NCBI GenBank assembly: GCA_951406725.2
Contig: OX597815.1
Coordinates: 100,750,001 to 100,814,000, forward strand
Direction of reading: 5' to 3'
DNA length: 64,000 bases
Source of the DNA: Octopus vulgaris
Taxonomy: Eukaryota
Part shown: positions 27,782-39,047 of the stretch, piece by piece
Position numbering within the stretch: position 1 is the stretch's first letter
How the letters are laid out: the number at the start of each line of letters is the position of its first letter
Translations under genes and position numbers: made by a program
The notes under the pieces: generated by a model
What the model was told of the DNA's origin: nothing
Databases searched by the model: none
The model's input: only the letters and a program-made list of their open reading frames with translations

Positions 27782-27813
<32 letters not shown>

Positions 27814-27967
27814 TTAACGTCCGCTTTCCATGCTAGCATGGGTTGGACGGTTCAACTGGTGTCTGGGGAGCCCGAAGGCTGCACCAGGCCAGTCAGATCT
27901 GGCAGTGTTTCTACAGCTGGATGCCCTTCCTAACGCCAACCACTCCGAGAGTGTAGTGGGTGATTTT

Positions 27968-28670
27968 ATGTGCCACCGACACAGGTGCCAGACGAGGCTG
28001 GCGAACGGCCACGCTCGGATGGTGTTTTTATGTGCCACCGACACAGGTGCCAGACAAGGCTGGCAGACGACCACGCTCGGATGGTGTTTTTATGTGCCAC
28101 CGACACAGGTGCCAGACGAGGCTGGCGAACGGCCACGCTCGGATGGTGTTTTATGTGCCACCGACACAGGTGCCAGACAAGGCTAGCAGACGACCACGCT
28201 CGGATGGTGTTTTTATGTGCCACCGACACAGGTGCCAGACGAGGCTGGCGAACGGCCACGCTCGGATGGTGTTTTTATGTGCCACCGACACAGGTGCCAG
28301 ACAAGGCTAGCAGACGACCACGCTCGGATGGTGTTTTTATGTGCCACCGACACAGGTGCCAGACAAGGCTAGCAGCCGACTACGCTCGGATGGTGTTTTT
28401 TATGTGCCACCGACACAGGTGCCAGACGAGGCTGGCGAGCGGCCACGCTCAGATGGTGTTTTTATGTGCCACCGACACAGGTGCCAGACAAGGCTAGCAG
28501 ACGACCACGCTCGGATGGTGTTTTTTATGTGCCACCGACACAGGAGCCAGATTAGGCTGGCGATCGGCCACGATTGGATGGTGATTGTTACGTGCCCACA
28601 GCATGGAGGCCAGTCGGTGCGGTACTGGCTACGGCCACGTTCGGATGGTATTCTTGTGTGCCACCGGCAC
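27968..28670 (-). repeat. Tandem array of ~62-bp units in the RTE 3' UTR (9 near-identical units of two alternating variants plus about 3 degenerate units)
   Basis: Unit starts (atgtgccaccgac) at 27968, 28030, 28092, 28153, 28215, 28277, 28339, 28402, 28464 and 28527; spacing 61-63 bp. Confidence 0.95.
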
Positions 28671-28826
28671 TGGTACCACAAAGATACAAATTCCATTGAT
28701 GTTCATCTATTTTGATTTTGTTTGATTTTCACTTGCCTCAACAGGTCTTCACAAGTGTCACAAGAAGGAAGGTATGCACAGGTGGACTGACTACGTCCTA
28801 GGTAGGGGCCACGGGTTATGGCCTGA

Positions 28827-31800
28827 CTAGTCTTGCCGGGTCTTCTCACACACAGCATACTTCCATAGGTCTCGGTCTCTAGTCATTTCCTTGGTGAGAC
28901 CTAAAGTTCGTAGGTCGTGCTTCACCACATCATCCCAGGTTTTCCTGGGTCTACCTCTTCCACAGGTTCCCTCAACTGCTAGGGTGTAGCACTTTTGCAC
29001 ACAACTATCTTCAGCCATTCTCGTCATATGACCATACCAGCGCAGCCGTCTCTCTTGCACACCACAACTGACGCTTCTTAGGTTCAACTTTTCTCTCAAG
29101 GTACTTACACTCTGACGATTATGAACACTGACATTACACATCCATCGGAGCATACTGGCTTCATTTCTTGCGAGCTTACGCATATCCTCAGCAGTCACGG
29201 CCCATGTTTCACTACCATGTAGCATGGCTGTACGTACACATGCATCATAAAGTCTGCCTTTTACTCTGAGCGAGAGGCCTTTTGTCACCAGCAGGGGTAA
29301 GAGCTCCCTAAACTTTGCCCAGGCTATTCTTACTCTAGCAGTTACACTTTCAGCACACCCACCCCCGCTACTAACTTGGTCTCCTAGGTAGCGGAAGCTA
29401 TCAACTACTTCTAGTTTGTCTCCCTGGAATGTGGTAGAAGTTGGTCTCTGCACATTTCCAGTGTTTATTTCTCCTGAGCATCTGCCACATACGAAAACTA
29501 TCTTCCCAGTTAGCCTACCTTTGACATTGCTGCACCTCTTATGTGTCCATAGCTTACACTTGGTGCACCTTATAGAGTTTCTACCTATACCTTTTCTACA
29601 GATCGAGCAGGGCCATCTACCTGAAGTTGTTTGTGGTTGGTCCACCTTCCTACTTATTAGGACTTTGGTTTTGGCTATGTTGATTCTAAGGCCCTTCGAT
29701 TCTAATCCTTGTTTCCACACCTGAAACTTCTCCTCCAGTTCTGATAGTGACTCAGCAATTAGAGCAAGGTCATCAGCATATAGGAGCTCCCAGGGGCATC
29801 CTGTCTTAAATTCTTCCGTTATTGCCTGGAGGACTATGATAAATAGGAGGGGGCTGAGGACTGAACCTTGGTGGACCCCAACCTCTACCCGGAATTCTTC
29901 ACTGTACTCGTTGCCAACCCTCACTTTACTAGCTGCGTCTCTGTACATGGCTCGCACAGCTCTCACTAACCATTCATCTATTCCTAGTTTCCTCATTGAC
30001 AACCAGATAAGGGATCGGGGGACCCTGTCAAAGGCTTTCTCTAAGTCAACAAAAGCCAGGTACAAGGGCTTACCTTTGGCTAGGTATTTCTCCTGCAGCT
30101 GTCTTACCAGGAATATAGCATCAGTAGTACTTTTCCCTGGCACGAACCCAAACTGCATATCATCTAAGCTAACTCACTCTCTAATTAACTGGGCTATAAC
30201 CCTCTCCGTAACCTTCATTACCTGATCCAACAGCTTGATGCCCCTGTAGTTATTTGTATCTAGGGCATCGCCTTTACCTTTGTAGCAGTTGACTATTATG
30301 CTGCTACACCAGTCATTGGGTATGACTCCTTCGTGTATCACCTGGTTAACTATACGGGTGACTATGCTATAGCCGACACTACCAGATATTTTGAGCATCT
30401 CTGCAGTAATTCCTGATGGGCCTGGGGCTTTCCCTGTCTTCATGCTTCTAATTGCCTTAGCTACCACGGAACTATCAACTCGGATAGCTGGTCCCTCTGT
30501 TGGGTCAACATTCGGCAGACTCTCTTTATCCCATTCATTTTCCTCATTCAGCAACCTTTCATAGTGGCGTCTCCAAGCTTCTCTCTTTGCATCCTCATTT
30601 AGCGCAAGTGAACCATCCTCCATGCGAACACATTTCTCTCCTACCACATCACGATTCTCTCTCACACACTGTCTTGCAACACGAAATACCTCAAGTCTTT
30701 CATCCTCACGGCGCAGGACATTGGCAAATTTTCTTTTATCTGCTTCCCCTCTGGCTAGATAGACCTGTCTCCTAGCTTCCCTTCTGGCAGTCTGATACAC
30801 TTCCCTGCTACCACCGTTCTTCCAGGCCTTCCAAGCCTGTTTCTTTTGTCTAATAGCCCTGTCAACAATATTGTTCCACCACCACGTTATTTTGGGTCTT
30901 AAGGGGACTTTGCACCAGCTGCAGATCTGGTCAGCGGCTTTCAGCAGGTTGTCCCTCAGAAACGTCCAGTTGTCTTCTACCCCATGTGCAGCTATACCCC
31001 CTTCCACTTCGTCAAAGGCTTCAAGTAACATATCTCTGAATCTCTGTCCATTCGCAGGGTCTTTAAGCTTCCAGACCCTTCTTCTCCATGTTGGTCGTCT
31101 ACTAGTCGCCCTCTTAGTCCTGATCCTAAAGTCACTAACTACCAGTCTATGTTGTGGGGTGCATTCTTCGCCTGGGAAGGTTTTGGCATTTATAAGCAGC
31201 CATCTTTCCCTTTTTCTGGCAAGGATGTAGTCGATTTGGCTAGTATGCCGGCCCGATCGGTAGGTGACCAGGTGGCTTGTTGGTTTCCTGAAGTTAGTGT
31301 TGCAGATCATAAGACTATTCGCATCACAGAACTCCAGCAGCCTGGTTCCCTCCTCGTTGCGGGAACCATAACCGTAGCCACCATGTACGCCATGGAAGCC
31401 CCCAGCATGTCGTCCAACATGCCCATTGAAATCACCGGCCACAAAGAGAAGGTCCCTGTCGTTCGTCAATGAGGTGGTCTGCAGTAGGGTGTCATAGAAA
31501 CTGTCTTTCTGTCCATCGGGTAGCCCTGGCTGAGGGGCATAGGCCGATATAATGGTTGCTAATCTATTATGAAGCACTAATCTAATCTTAAGTATTCTGT
31601 CACATACTCTGATTACCTCAATTACTCTATCTATCCATTTCTCAGCGATAAGTATACCCACGCCACCAACCCCGTCAGTGTTCCCTGCCCAGAAAATCTT
31701 GTACCTGTGTTCCTTGCCTGTGAGGAACCTAGCAGATCCTCCTCTCCACCTTATTTCTTGCATACAACATACATCAACACGTCTCCGTTCAAGCATCTCG

Positions 31801-31952
31801 ACTATCTCGCCAGACCTACCTTTCAGTGTGCCAGCGTTGAGGGTGCCCACCCTGAGGGGGTGGAAGGTATTGACCCGAGAGGCCCAGGGACGGGGAGCAG
31901 TGGCGTCATGTACCTGAAAAGAAGAAGAAAACTCGCATTTGGCAGAATTCAT
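28827..31952 (-). pseudogene. RTE ORF: apurinic-type endonuclease + reverse transcriptase with inserted PHD finger; one in-frame TGA at 30174-30176
   Basis: APE motifs GTLNAGTL, CMQEIRW, SAYAPQ, GDFNGHVG, SQIDYIL, QHRLV. RT motifs NYRGIKLL, QFGF, FVDLEKAFDRV, GVHQGSVLSP, LYADDL, FRYLG. The track ORFs 30174..31958 and 28827..30158 are in the same frame (RE*VSLDDMQFGF). Confidence 0.95.
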
Positions 31953-32039
31953 AAGCAAAGCAATGAACTTAAGTTCAACCTGTTACACTGCACTATCATG
32001 TTTTTGCGCCGTATGGTCACCACCATATATAGAAGGGGT

Positions 32040-32225
32040 GGTATTGGTTTAAGGCCTTTAAGTGTTCATGGAAGAAAAGCAAAGGAAGGCAAGGTGAGAT
32101 AAGGACTTCCGGTACTGGTGGTGAGATAAGGACTTCCGGTACTGGTGGTGGGGGCGGGAGGGCGGGCGCACTGCGCACTGGGAGAAGACGAGATTTAGGC
32201 GGCAGTAAGAAAGGCAAGATTTGAG
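32040..32225 (-). promoter_or_regulatory. Putative internal Pol II promoter of the RTE
   Basis: Element sense strand has tgcgcagtgcgc (NRF1-like), two CCCGCCC GC boxes, a duplicated 27-bp unit carrying ACCGGAAGT (ETS) and CTTATCT (GATA), and a CCAAT box. Confidence 0.55.
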
Positions 32226-32254
32226 ATATATATATATATATATATATATACCAG

Positions 32255-32515
32255 GTGCACAACGAATGTGGTCCTATTATCCTCACCAGTGAATATTCTG
32301 GTGGAGAAGGGTGTCAAGCAAGGAGACACCATCTCTCCTAAGCTTTTTATGGTGTGTCTCAAGGTGGTCATGCAAGACATGAGTTAGAATGGAAACACAA
32401 GGATAAATGGAGAGCTGCTCACTCAGCTAAGATTTGCTGATGATACAGTGCTGATAGCAGAGAGCACCGATCAGCTGCAGACCATACTGGACAAACTGGA
32501 TTTCAGCAACAGATC
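32255..32515 (+). mobile_element. RT fragment of a second RTE-type LINE family
   Basis: KGVKQGDTISPKLF ... INGELLTQLRFADDTVLIAES. Confidence 0.8.
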
Positions 32516-33199
32516 AATCATTATCCCTTACAGCTGTTTCAATTATACTCAAATATCAAAATCATGTTTCTGTGCATAATCTTTACAGAGGGGAAAAATA
32601 TACCCTTAGATATTTTGTGTTTGTTTGTAGACTCATCACAGCTGACTCAGGGATAATGATTGATTAACTTCAATACCTTCATTTTCTTCTTCTTCATTTA
32701 CATGAATATAAAGTATGGTTTATATACAAACCTATTATTTTATGGATATCAATTCCCCATAAAATATTAGGTATTGAACCAGTATTTCCTTGTATAACAC
32801 TATCCACCCCTTCATGAGTCTAACATAACCTCTATCTGAATTATATATGTGTACACACACACACACGCATGCATGCATGCACGCACAGAGAGAGAGAGAG
32901 AGAGTGAGAGTACAGCATTGGACAGAAGTCAAATACAAGTATTGCAATTCTTATATGAAGTTATGATTTGGTAAAAACTTTACTCCAGCCATAAAAACAT
33001 AATTTACAATCATATCTTACATTAATATATTAATATTTTATTTAATATCATATAAAATTTGATGAAATTTAAATATATGAATTTATCTAGTAACTAGGTA
33101 ATGATATGCAATGTAATTATTATAGGTAGAATTGTATTGTAAATAAACTTTATTAATAATAAGGTGTTAATTATTATCTGGAAATCATTAATGCCAAAA

Positions 33200-34260
33200 A
33201 CTAAGGATCTTGCAGAGGCACAGAGACCCCAGATATACTTCCTCCATAAAGAAGGATTATCATTGGTGAAAATTTGCAGAATAAAATGAAATGCTCATGA
33301 TTCACTGTGCAGATGACAATAAAAAGATTTAACAAGACTGGAAGCTTCCAATCAAGACCAAAACATGGAAGAAAATGAATTACCAAACTTCAAGAAAACT
33401 GATTACTGATTTAGACATCTCTCTGCAACTTCATCAAAAATATCACCAATAACAGCAAGAAGAAGACTTCAAGAACACAGTCTGAAAGATCTGTAAAGCA
33501 AGGAAAAAACCCTGGATTTCTGAGGTCAACAAATAGAAGCACCAAAAGCAATCAAAACTGGACACTTACACAATAATCAAATGTCATCTGGTCAGATGAA
33601 AGTAATTATCAGGTATATAAATTGCGTTATACTCTTGTTATTTTACATATATAAAATAATTTTATTTCTAATCTTGACTTGCAATAAATGATGTTTTAAA
33701 GGCCGTGTTTAAGCAATTTTTTCCAGATTTTCAATACACCTGGTGCAACTTATGTGAGGAGAAAAGTTGTTGGGGACCTATAATCCTGGTTGTGTGGTGT
33801 CAACAATGAAGCATGATGGTGGTTCCATCATGGAATGGGCATGCATATCCTCAGCAGGGACAGGAATTCATCAATTACTTCCAAATACACCTAGAAATTT
33901 GGCAGGAAGTATGACCGACCTGCTAAACGAAAAGTTCCAAAAAAAGGCTTTACTCGAATGGAGTAGCCACTCCAAGGCTGTGCCCTTAATCCTATTGAAC
34001 ATTTTTGTTGGATGTTTGGGAAAGGTATTGGGAGCAGTACAACTAAAAATAAAGCACAATTATTTCATACTTTACAAGCTGCACAAGAGAACATAATACC
34101 AGAAGAGTGTCACGACCTCATGGTATCCATGCCAAGATGAATTATGGCAGTCATTAAAGCCAGAGGAGTCCCATTAAGTATTAAATTACTTAAAACTAAG
34201 TTATTTTTGCATTGATATACTTTTATTGTCCTAATTTTCCACATACCTTAAAAGTAATTA
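33200..34260 (+). mobile_element. Decayed Tc1 transposase with a spliceosomal-type intron (33613-33726)
   Basis: VIWSDESNYQ|IFNTPGATYVRRK, TMKHDGGSIMEWACIS, LEWSSHS, SMPR*IMAVIKARG. Confidence 0.7.
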
Positions 34261-34788
34261 ATTTTGGCCAAGGCTAGTTCAAAAGATATGACAAAAAGTG
34301 TGACATGTTACCAATGCTTATGGGCATGATAGATCTACTTAATTCCTATCTCTGACATGGTTAGACCGTCTTCATAACTCCAGATAAGCTAGAATGCAGA
34401 GTACACAAGCTGTACATAGAAAAGGAACATAAGCAACTTAGTCACTATTAATGTTTATATAATGTAATTGTGTTTCATGAGATTAGCAGACATCAGTTAT
34501 GTGAGTGTAAAACCTAGTTATGTGAACAATGGAAGTAGGTGAATGTTGGTGAAAGGAATGGCATCCAGTCTTAGAAAATCTGTCTCCATGAATTTCATCC
34601 AACCCATACAAGGATTGAAAAGTGATGATGATATGTATATATATTTATGTTTATATACATATGATATGTATATACATATATGTTTGTGTACATATGTGAG
34701 TGCACAATGTTCTTAATGGTCAGTGATGGTCCTCCTTGGTCATGAGTGGACAGCCATCATACGTGTGTGCATGCTTATATATATATAT

Positions 34789-35046
34789 GCTGGTGGCACG
34801 TAAAAAGCACCATCTGATCGTGGCCATTTGCCAGCCTCGTCTGGCACCTGTGCCGGCGGCACGTAAAAAGCACCCACTACACTCATGGAGTGGTTGGCGT
34901 TAGGAAGGGCATCCAGCTGTAGAAACACTGCCAGATCAGACTGGGCCTGGTGCAGCCTTCTGGCTTCCCAGACCCCAGTTGAACCATCCAACCCATGCCA
35001 GCATGGAAAGCGGATGCTAAACGATGATGATGATGATGAGGATGAT
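34789..35046 (+). mobile_element. Short, well-preserved RTE 3' end flanked by TA-rich runs
   Basis: High similarity to the reverse complement of 27783-28030; contains about 1.5 modules and the (GAT)n tail. Confidence 0.9.
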
Positions 35047-35055
35047 ATATAATAT

Positions 35056-35505
35056 ACACAGCATGTGGTGAATAAACTGTTGTCTAAATTAAGTAAAAAT
35101 GAAAATAATATCGACATCTCATTTTAACATATATTTACCGAAATTACATAAAAATATCTTGAAATACTAAAGAGTAAATTTATTCAATAAAATCGCCATT
35201 GGCTTTAACCATGGCCTCCAGACGACTTTGGAATCTTTTGCAACTCTTTTGGACAATCTACTTGCTTAAGTTAGTGAATGCTGCCATAATCCTTGCCTTC
35301 AGTTCATCTTTGGTGTTACAAGGAGTTTTGTTGGTCTCTCATTCAACTGCACCCCACACATAATAATCAAGGGGGTTGCAGTCTGGGGAGTTAGGTGGCC
35401 TGATGTCACAGAAATTGTCCAACAACCATGACCGGGTTCTCCTTGTGTGGCATGGTGAAGAGTCCTGTTGCCAGACATAGGGTCTTCTCTATTTACCATT
35501 ACACC
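35056..35505 (-). mobile_element. maT/DD37D-like transposase C-terminal remnant
   Basis: WQQDSSPCH ... PPNSPDCNPLDYYVWGAVE...ELKARI. Confidence 0.7.
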
Positions 35506-36076
35506 TGACAATATCTACTTTGAATCAGATGATTCCACCCTTTATTCCTCCCTAACCTTCTGCACTCCATCACCATCCACATGCAACTTCATGCCAGATC
35601 TGAATTGACTGTGCAGAGACCTCAAAATATTCTCTAGCTGGATAATACCACTCTTGTCTCTTTCATCAGTAAAAAAGAGTCACTAAACATATCAAGAAAA
35701 CATTACCTGCCACCTCTACCAACATGAATAGCATGCAACTAGAAGCTTCACATCTGCTTTATATGTTAGGTCTAAACATCACTGAAGATTTTTCGACACT
35801 GATACAATAATGTTTGATAAGGTCATATTTAAAAAAAATTTTTTTACCTAATCTTTAGAGTGTATGTTTACACATTTCAATTGGATCACTCTGATCAAGT
35901 AGATTTATGATTAAAGGATTTCCAGTCATGACCATCCCTCTGCTTCAGACTTAAGAGCTTCATTTATCCACTGTGTTCTTCAATTTTTAGACAGTGGCTT
36001 GATGAAAATTTAGTTACTCTTCTGGCAGAGCAAATTATTGCATAGAATTTTCCTCATTGGCTTCAATTATCTTGGT

Positions 36077-36450
36077 TATTACGTCTGCCTTTGTGAAGGC
36101 AGAGGTATTGTTTTCAGTTGTGATTGTTTATTTGTTTGTCCGTGGACGAGATATCTCAAGAACCACTGGATGGATTCGGATGAAACTTTCAGGGATATTT
36201 GACCTTGTGACTGGCACAAATTGATTAGATTTTAGGATCAATCTAGTACTGGACAAGGATTTTGGATTATATTTTCTGTTTTGGTACTTAATTTTTGAGA
36301 GCAGTTGGGTTCATTTTTAGTATTCTCATTTGTGAGAGCAGTTGAGTTTATTTCAGATATTCTCATTTAAAAAAATCATCTCTGGCTAATTGTTGAGAGG
36401 ATGTTGGTGTTGCCTTGGCAGAGGTTTGTGCACATTGAGTGCTCGTTTAA
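36077..36450 (+). mobile_element. Helentron/DINE-1-like non-autonomous element
   Basis: Short 5' inverted repeat (tctgcctt..aaggcaga), gtttgtttgtccg tract, ggatggattcggatgaaactt core, and a 3' repeat of ggcagaggt plus a short hairpin. Confidence 0.55.
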
Positions 36451-38304
36451 TTTGATACCAATATTTTGTTAGAGAGGAAGGTGGTCAGCTGGCAGAATTG
36501 TTAGCATGGTTGGCAAAACACTTAGCGGCATTTCATACGTCTTAATGTTCTAAGTTCAAATTCTGCCGAGGTTGACTTTGCCTTTCATCTTTTTGGGTTT
36601 GATAAAATGAGTTCCAGTTGAATATTGGAGTTGATGTAATTGACTTACCTCCCTTCTGAAGTTGCTAGCCTTGTGCCAAAATTTGAAATCAATATTTTGT
36701 GAGAGATGTTATTTTTCTAAGCTCAAAACTAACACAAGATGTTTCTGTATCCATGGGAAATTTCATAAACTTTATCCAAACCTGCTTTTCTGTTTTTTTA
36801 AAAGCCTAATATACCTCTGAAGGACACCTGTTTGTGAGTGTTTCCTACACCCACTCCTCTTCTCTACTTAATTTTGCAAGTGTTCTGGATTGGTTGGTCA
36901 CAATGTTAGGATATATAGTTTAGGATGTGAACATAAATCTTGGTAATATGTCAAATTTAAAATACTGAGAAAAAAATAAACAAAAACCTTGAACATCTTT
37001 AAAGTAATTTCAATTTTCTTTACAATTTTATTCATTTTTCATTCACAGTACTATTTTCTTGTGGTAAAATTTATTAAGGAACAAATTTGGATTGGTTTTA
37101 TAAGTTAAGCTTTGTGGCAGCCAAAGTTTCAGTTCAACATGTTGAAAATCCTTACATTTCTATATTACTTAATTATCTCTTGACAAAAATAACTTCTAAA
37201 TATGTTAAATTTCTGCTAAAAAATGCAAACTCTAAGCAAAAAAATACAAGTGCTGCGACTGTTGGGAAAAGCTCTGTAAAACTTATTCCAAAGATCATGT
37301 TATGTGAATTAAGTCTGTTTTTGAATTGTTGAATTGTAATTGGATAATTATTAACTGTGACATATAATTTATGTCAGTCCAAAAGATAATGAAACACTTG
37401 ATCTTAATATTGTCCTGAAAAGATAAAGCTTAATCTTTACTAAATATAACTCTTTTTTAGAGTATGCTGACACTTTTTCATTAAGCACAGTTCATAAAGC
37501 AAAACAAAACAAAATAAAAAAGAAACACGCTTAAAACCCATTCAGATAGCTGAATTTTTATTATGGTATTCGACTTACAAAATAATTATTTATTTAGACT
37601 ATCTTTCTTTGTTTTGAGTTTAAAACAGGATTTTCAGTGGAAATTTATGAAGACTTAGATTGTTTTGACAAACGTAGAAACCACACTGAAATCCCTAGAT
37701 GATAACTCAGAAGAGTATTTTTTTTTAATAGGGAATATAATAACTTCCTATTAATTACAAGCAATAGATATGTGGTTCTGGTCCTATCAGTAGAGAATGT
37801 TTTTTTTTTTTTTGTTTCATATTTGTCCATTTAATATCTAATATCACTCATAAATGATGTTATTAAATGCAATAGTAAAAACTACAATTTTTCAAATTCC
37901 TTAGTCAAGTGGTATTTACGGATAGTAATTATTGGATCTGGTGAGAAAAGACTGTAAAGGGAGACAACTCAACCACGCCTAAATACTGCTAAGTAATTTT
38001 GTTTGCTATACCAGTTTTGTTTTATCTCACGCTGATATAAACACACTCACATACAAACATACACACACATTTTTAGACACACACACACAACCACTAAACT
38101 GGTTGTTAACTGCATTCTCCAAAAAGTCCCATCAAGAATCACAACAAGATATTGTAACAGCTTAGATTTCAAAGGCCTCCAGCTTTTCAATATCTCTCAA
38201 AAGAATTTGAAAAATATGCATGGAATGGATGTAAATATATTCAATAAACACATGGATATTCTACTACCTATGATCAATATCTACTGAAAGTAGTAGTACT
38301 AACC

Positions 38305-39047
38305 TTCATCATCATCATCATGCTGGCATGGGTTGGACGGTTTGACTGAGGGCTGCACCAGGCTCCAATCTGATCTGGCAAAGTTTCTACAGCTGGATGT
38401 CCTTCCTAACACCAACCACTTTGAGAGTGTAGTAGGTACTTTAACATGCCACTGGCACGATGGCCAGTCAGGCGGTACTGGATTCGACAACGCTCAAATG
38501 GTGCTTTTTACATGCTATTGGCGATGCATGTGTGCGAACAGCTATGCTACATGGCAGTGAAACATGGGCTGTGACTTCTGAGGACATGCGTAAGCTTGCA
38601 AGGAAGTTGAACATAAGAAGCATCAAATGTGGTGTGCAAGAGAGACAACTGTGCTGGTACGGTCATGTGTTGCGAATGGATAAGGATAGCTGTGTGAAAA
38701 AGTGTCACACCCTAGCAGTTGAGGGAACCTGTGGAAGAGGTAGACACAGGAAGAGTTGGGACGAGGTGGTGAAGCATGACCTTTGAACATTGGGCCTCTC
38801 CGAGGCAATGACAAGTAACCGAGACCTTTGGAGATATGCTGTGCTTGAGAAGACCTAGCAAGCCAAGTGAGACCATAACCGTGGCCTATGTCAGTGCTGC
38901 TTAACCAGCCCATTTAAGAGTGCCCTTCAAATATTGGGCAGTAATCTCTGCTTGCGAAGACCTATTGAAGCAAGTAAAATCGTTGTTGTGGCTGATGACA
39001 GTACCACCTGACTGGCACCCATGCCAGTGGAACGTTAAAAGCACATT
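38305..39047. mobile_element. RTE 3' portion in two opposite orientations (tail on minus 38305-38515; ORF end/UTR on plus 38523-39047)
   Basis: (CAT)n tail and UTR joined directly to DACVRTAMLHGSETW...KSWDEVVKHDL. Confidence 0.85.

Larger units (their letters stand above)
27783..32225 (-). mobile_element. Full-length RTE-clade LINE (5' UTR/internal promoter, APE-RT ORF, ~1 kb 3' UTR, (ATG)n tail)
   Basis: Single long APE+RT frame. The (TGA)n tail reads (TCA)n at 27783-27813 on +. (TA)n runs flank both ends (27761-27782 and 32226-32250). Many truncated homologues occur in the window. Confidence 0.95.

Noticed and set aside
27968-28670. CRISPR-like array
   Set aside because: No unique spacers (two recurring variants), no cas genes, eukaryotic context, and it lies inside a LINE 3' UTR.
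27830-28715. Repetitive ORFs over the array
   Set aside because: Products of the 61-63 bp periodicity; frames shift between units.
37905-37940. 36-nt micro-exon candidate (KWYLRIVIIGS)
   Set aside because: Plausible AG/GT sites but too short to distinguish from chance, and its phase does not fit an ATG-only first exon.
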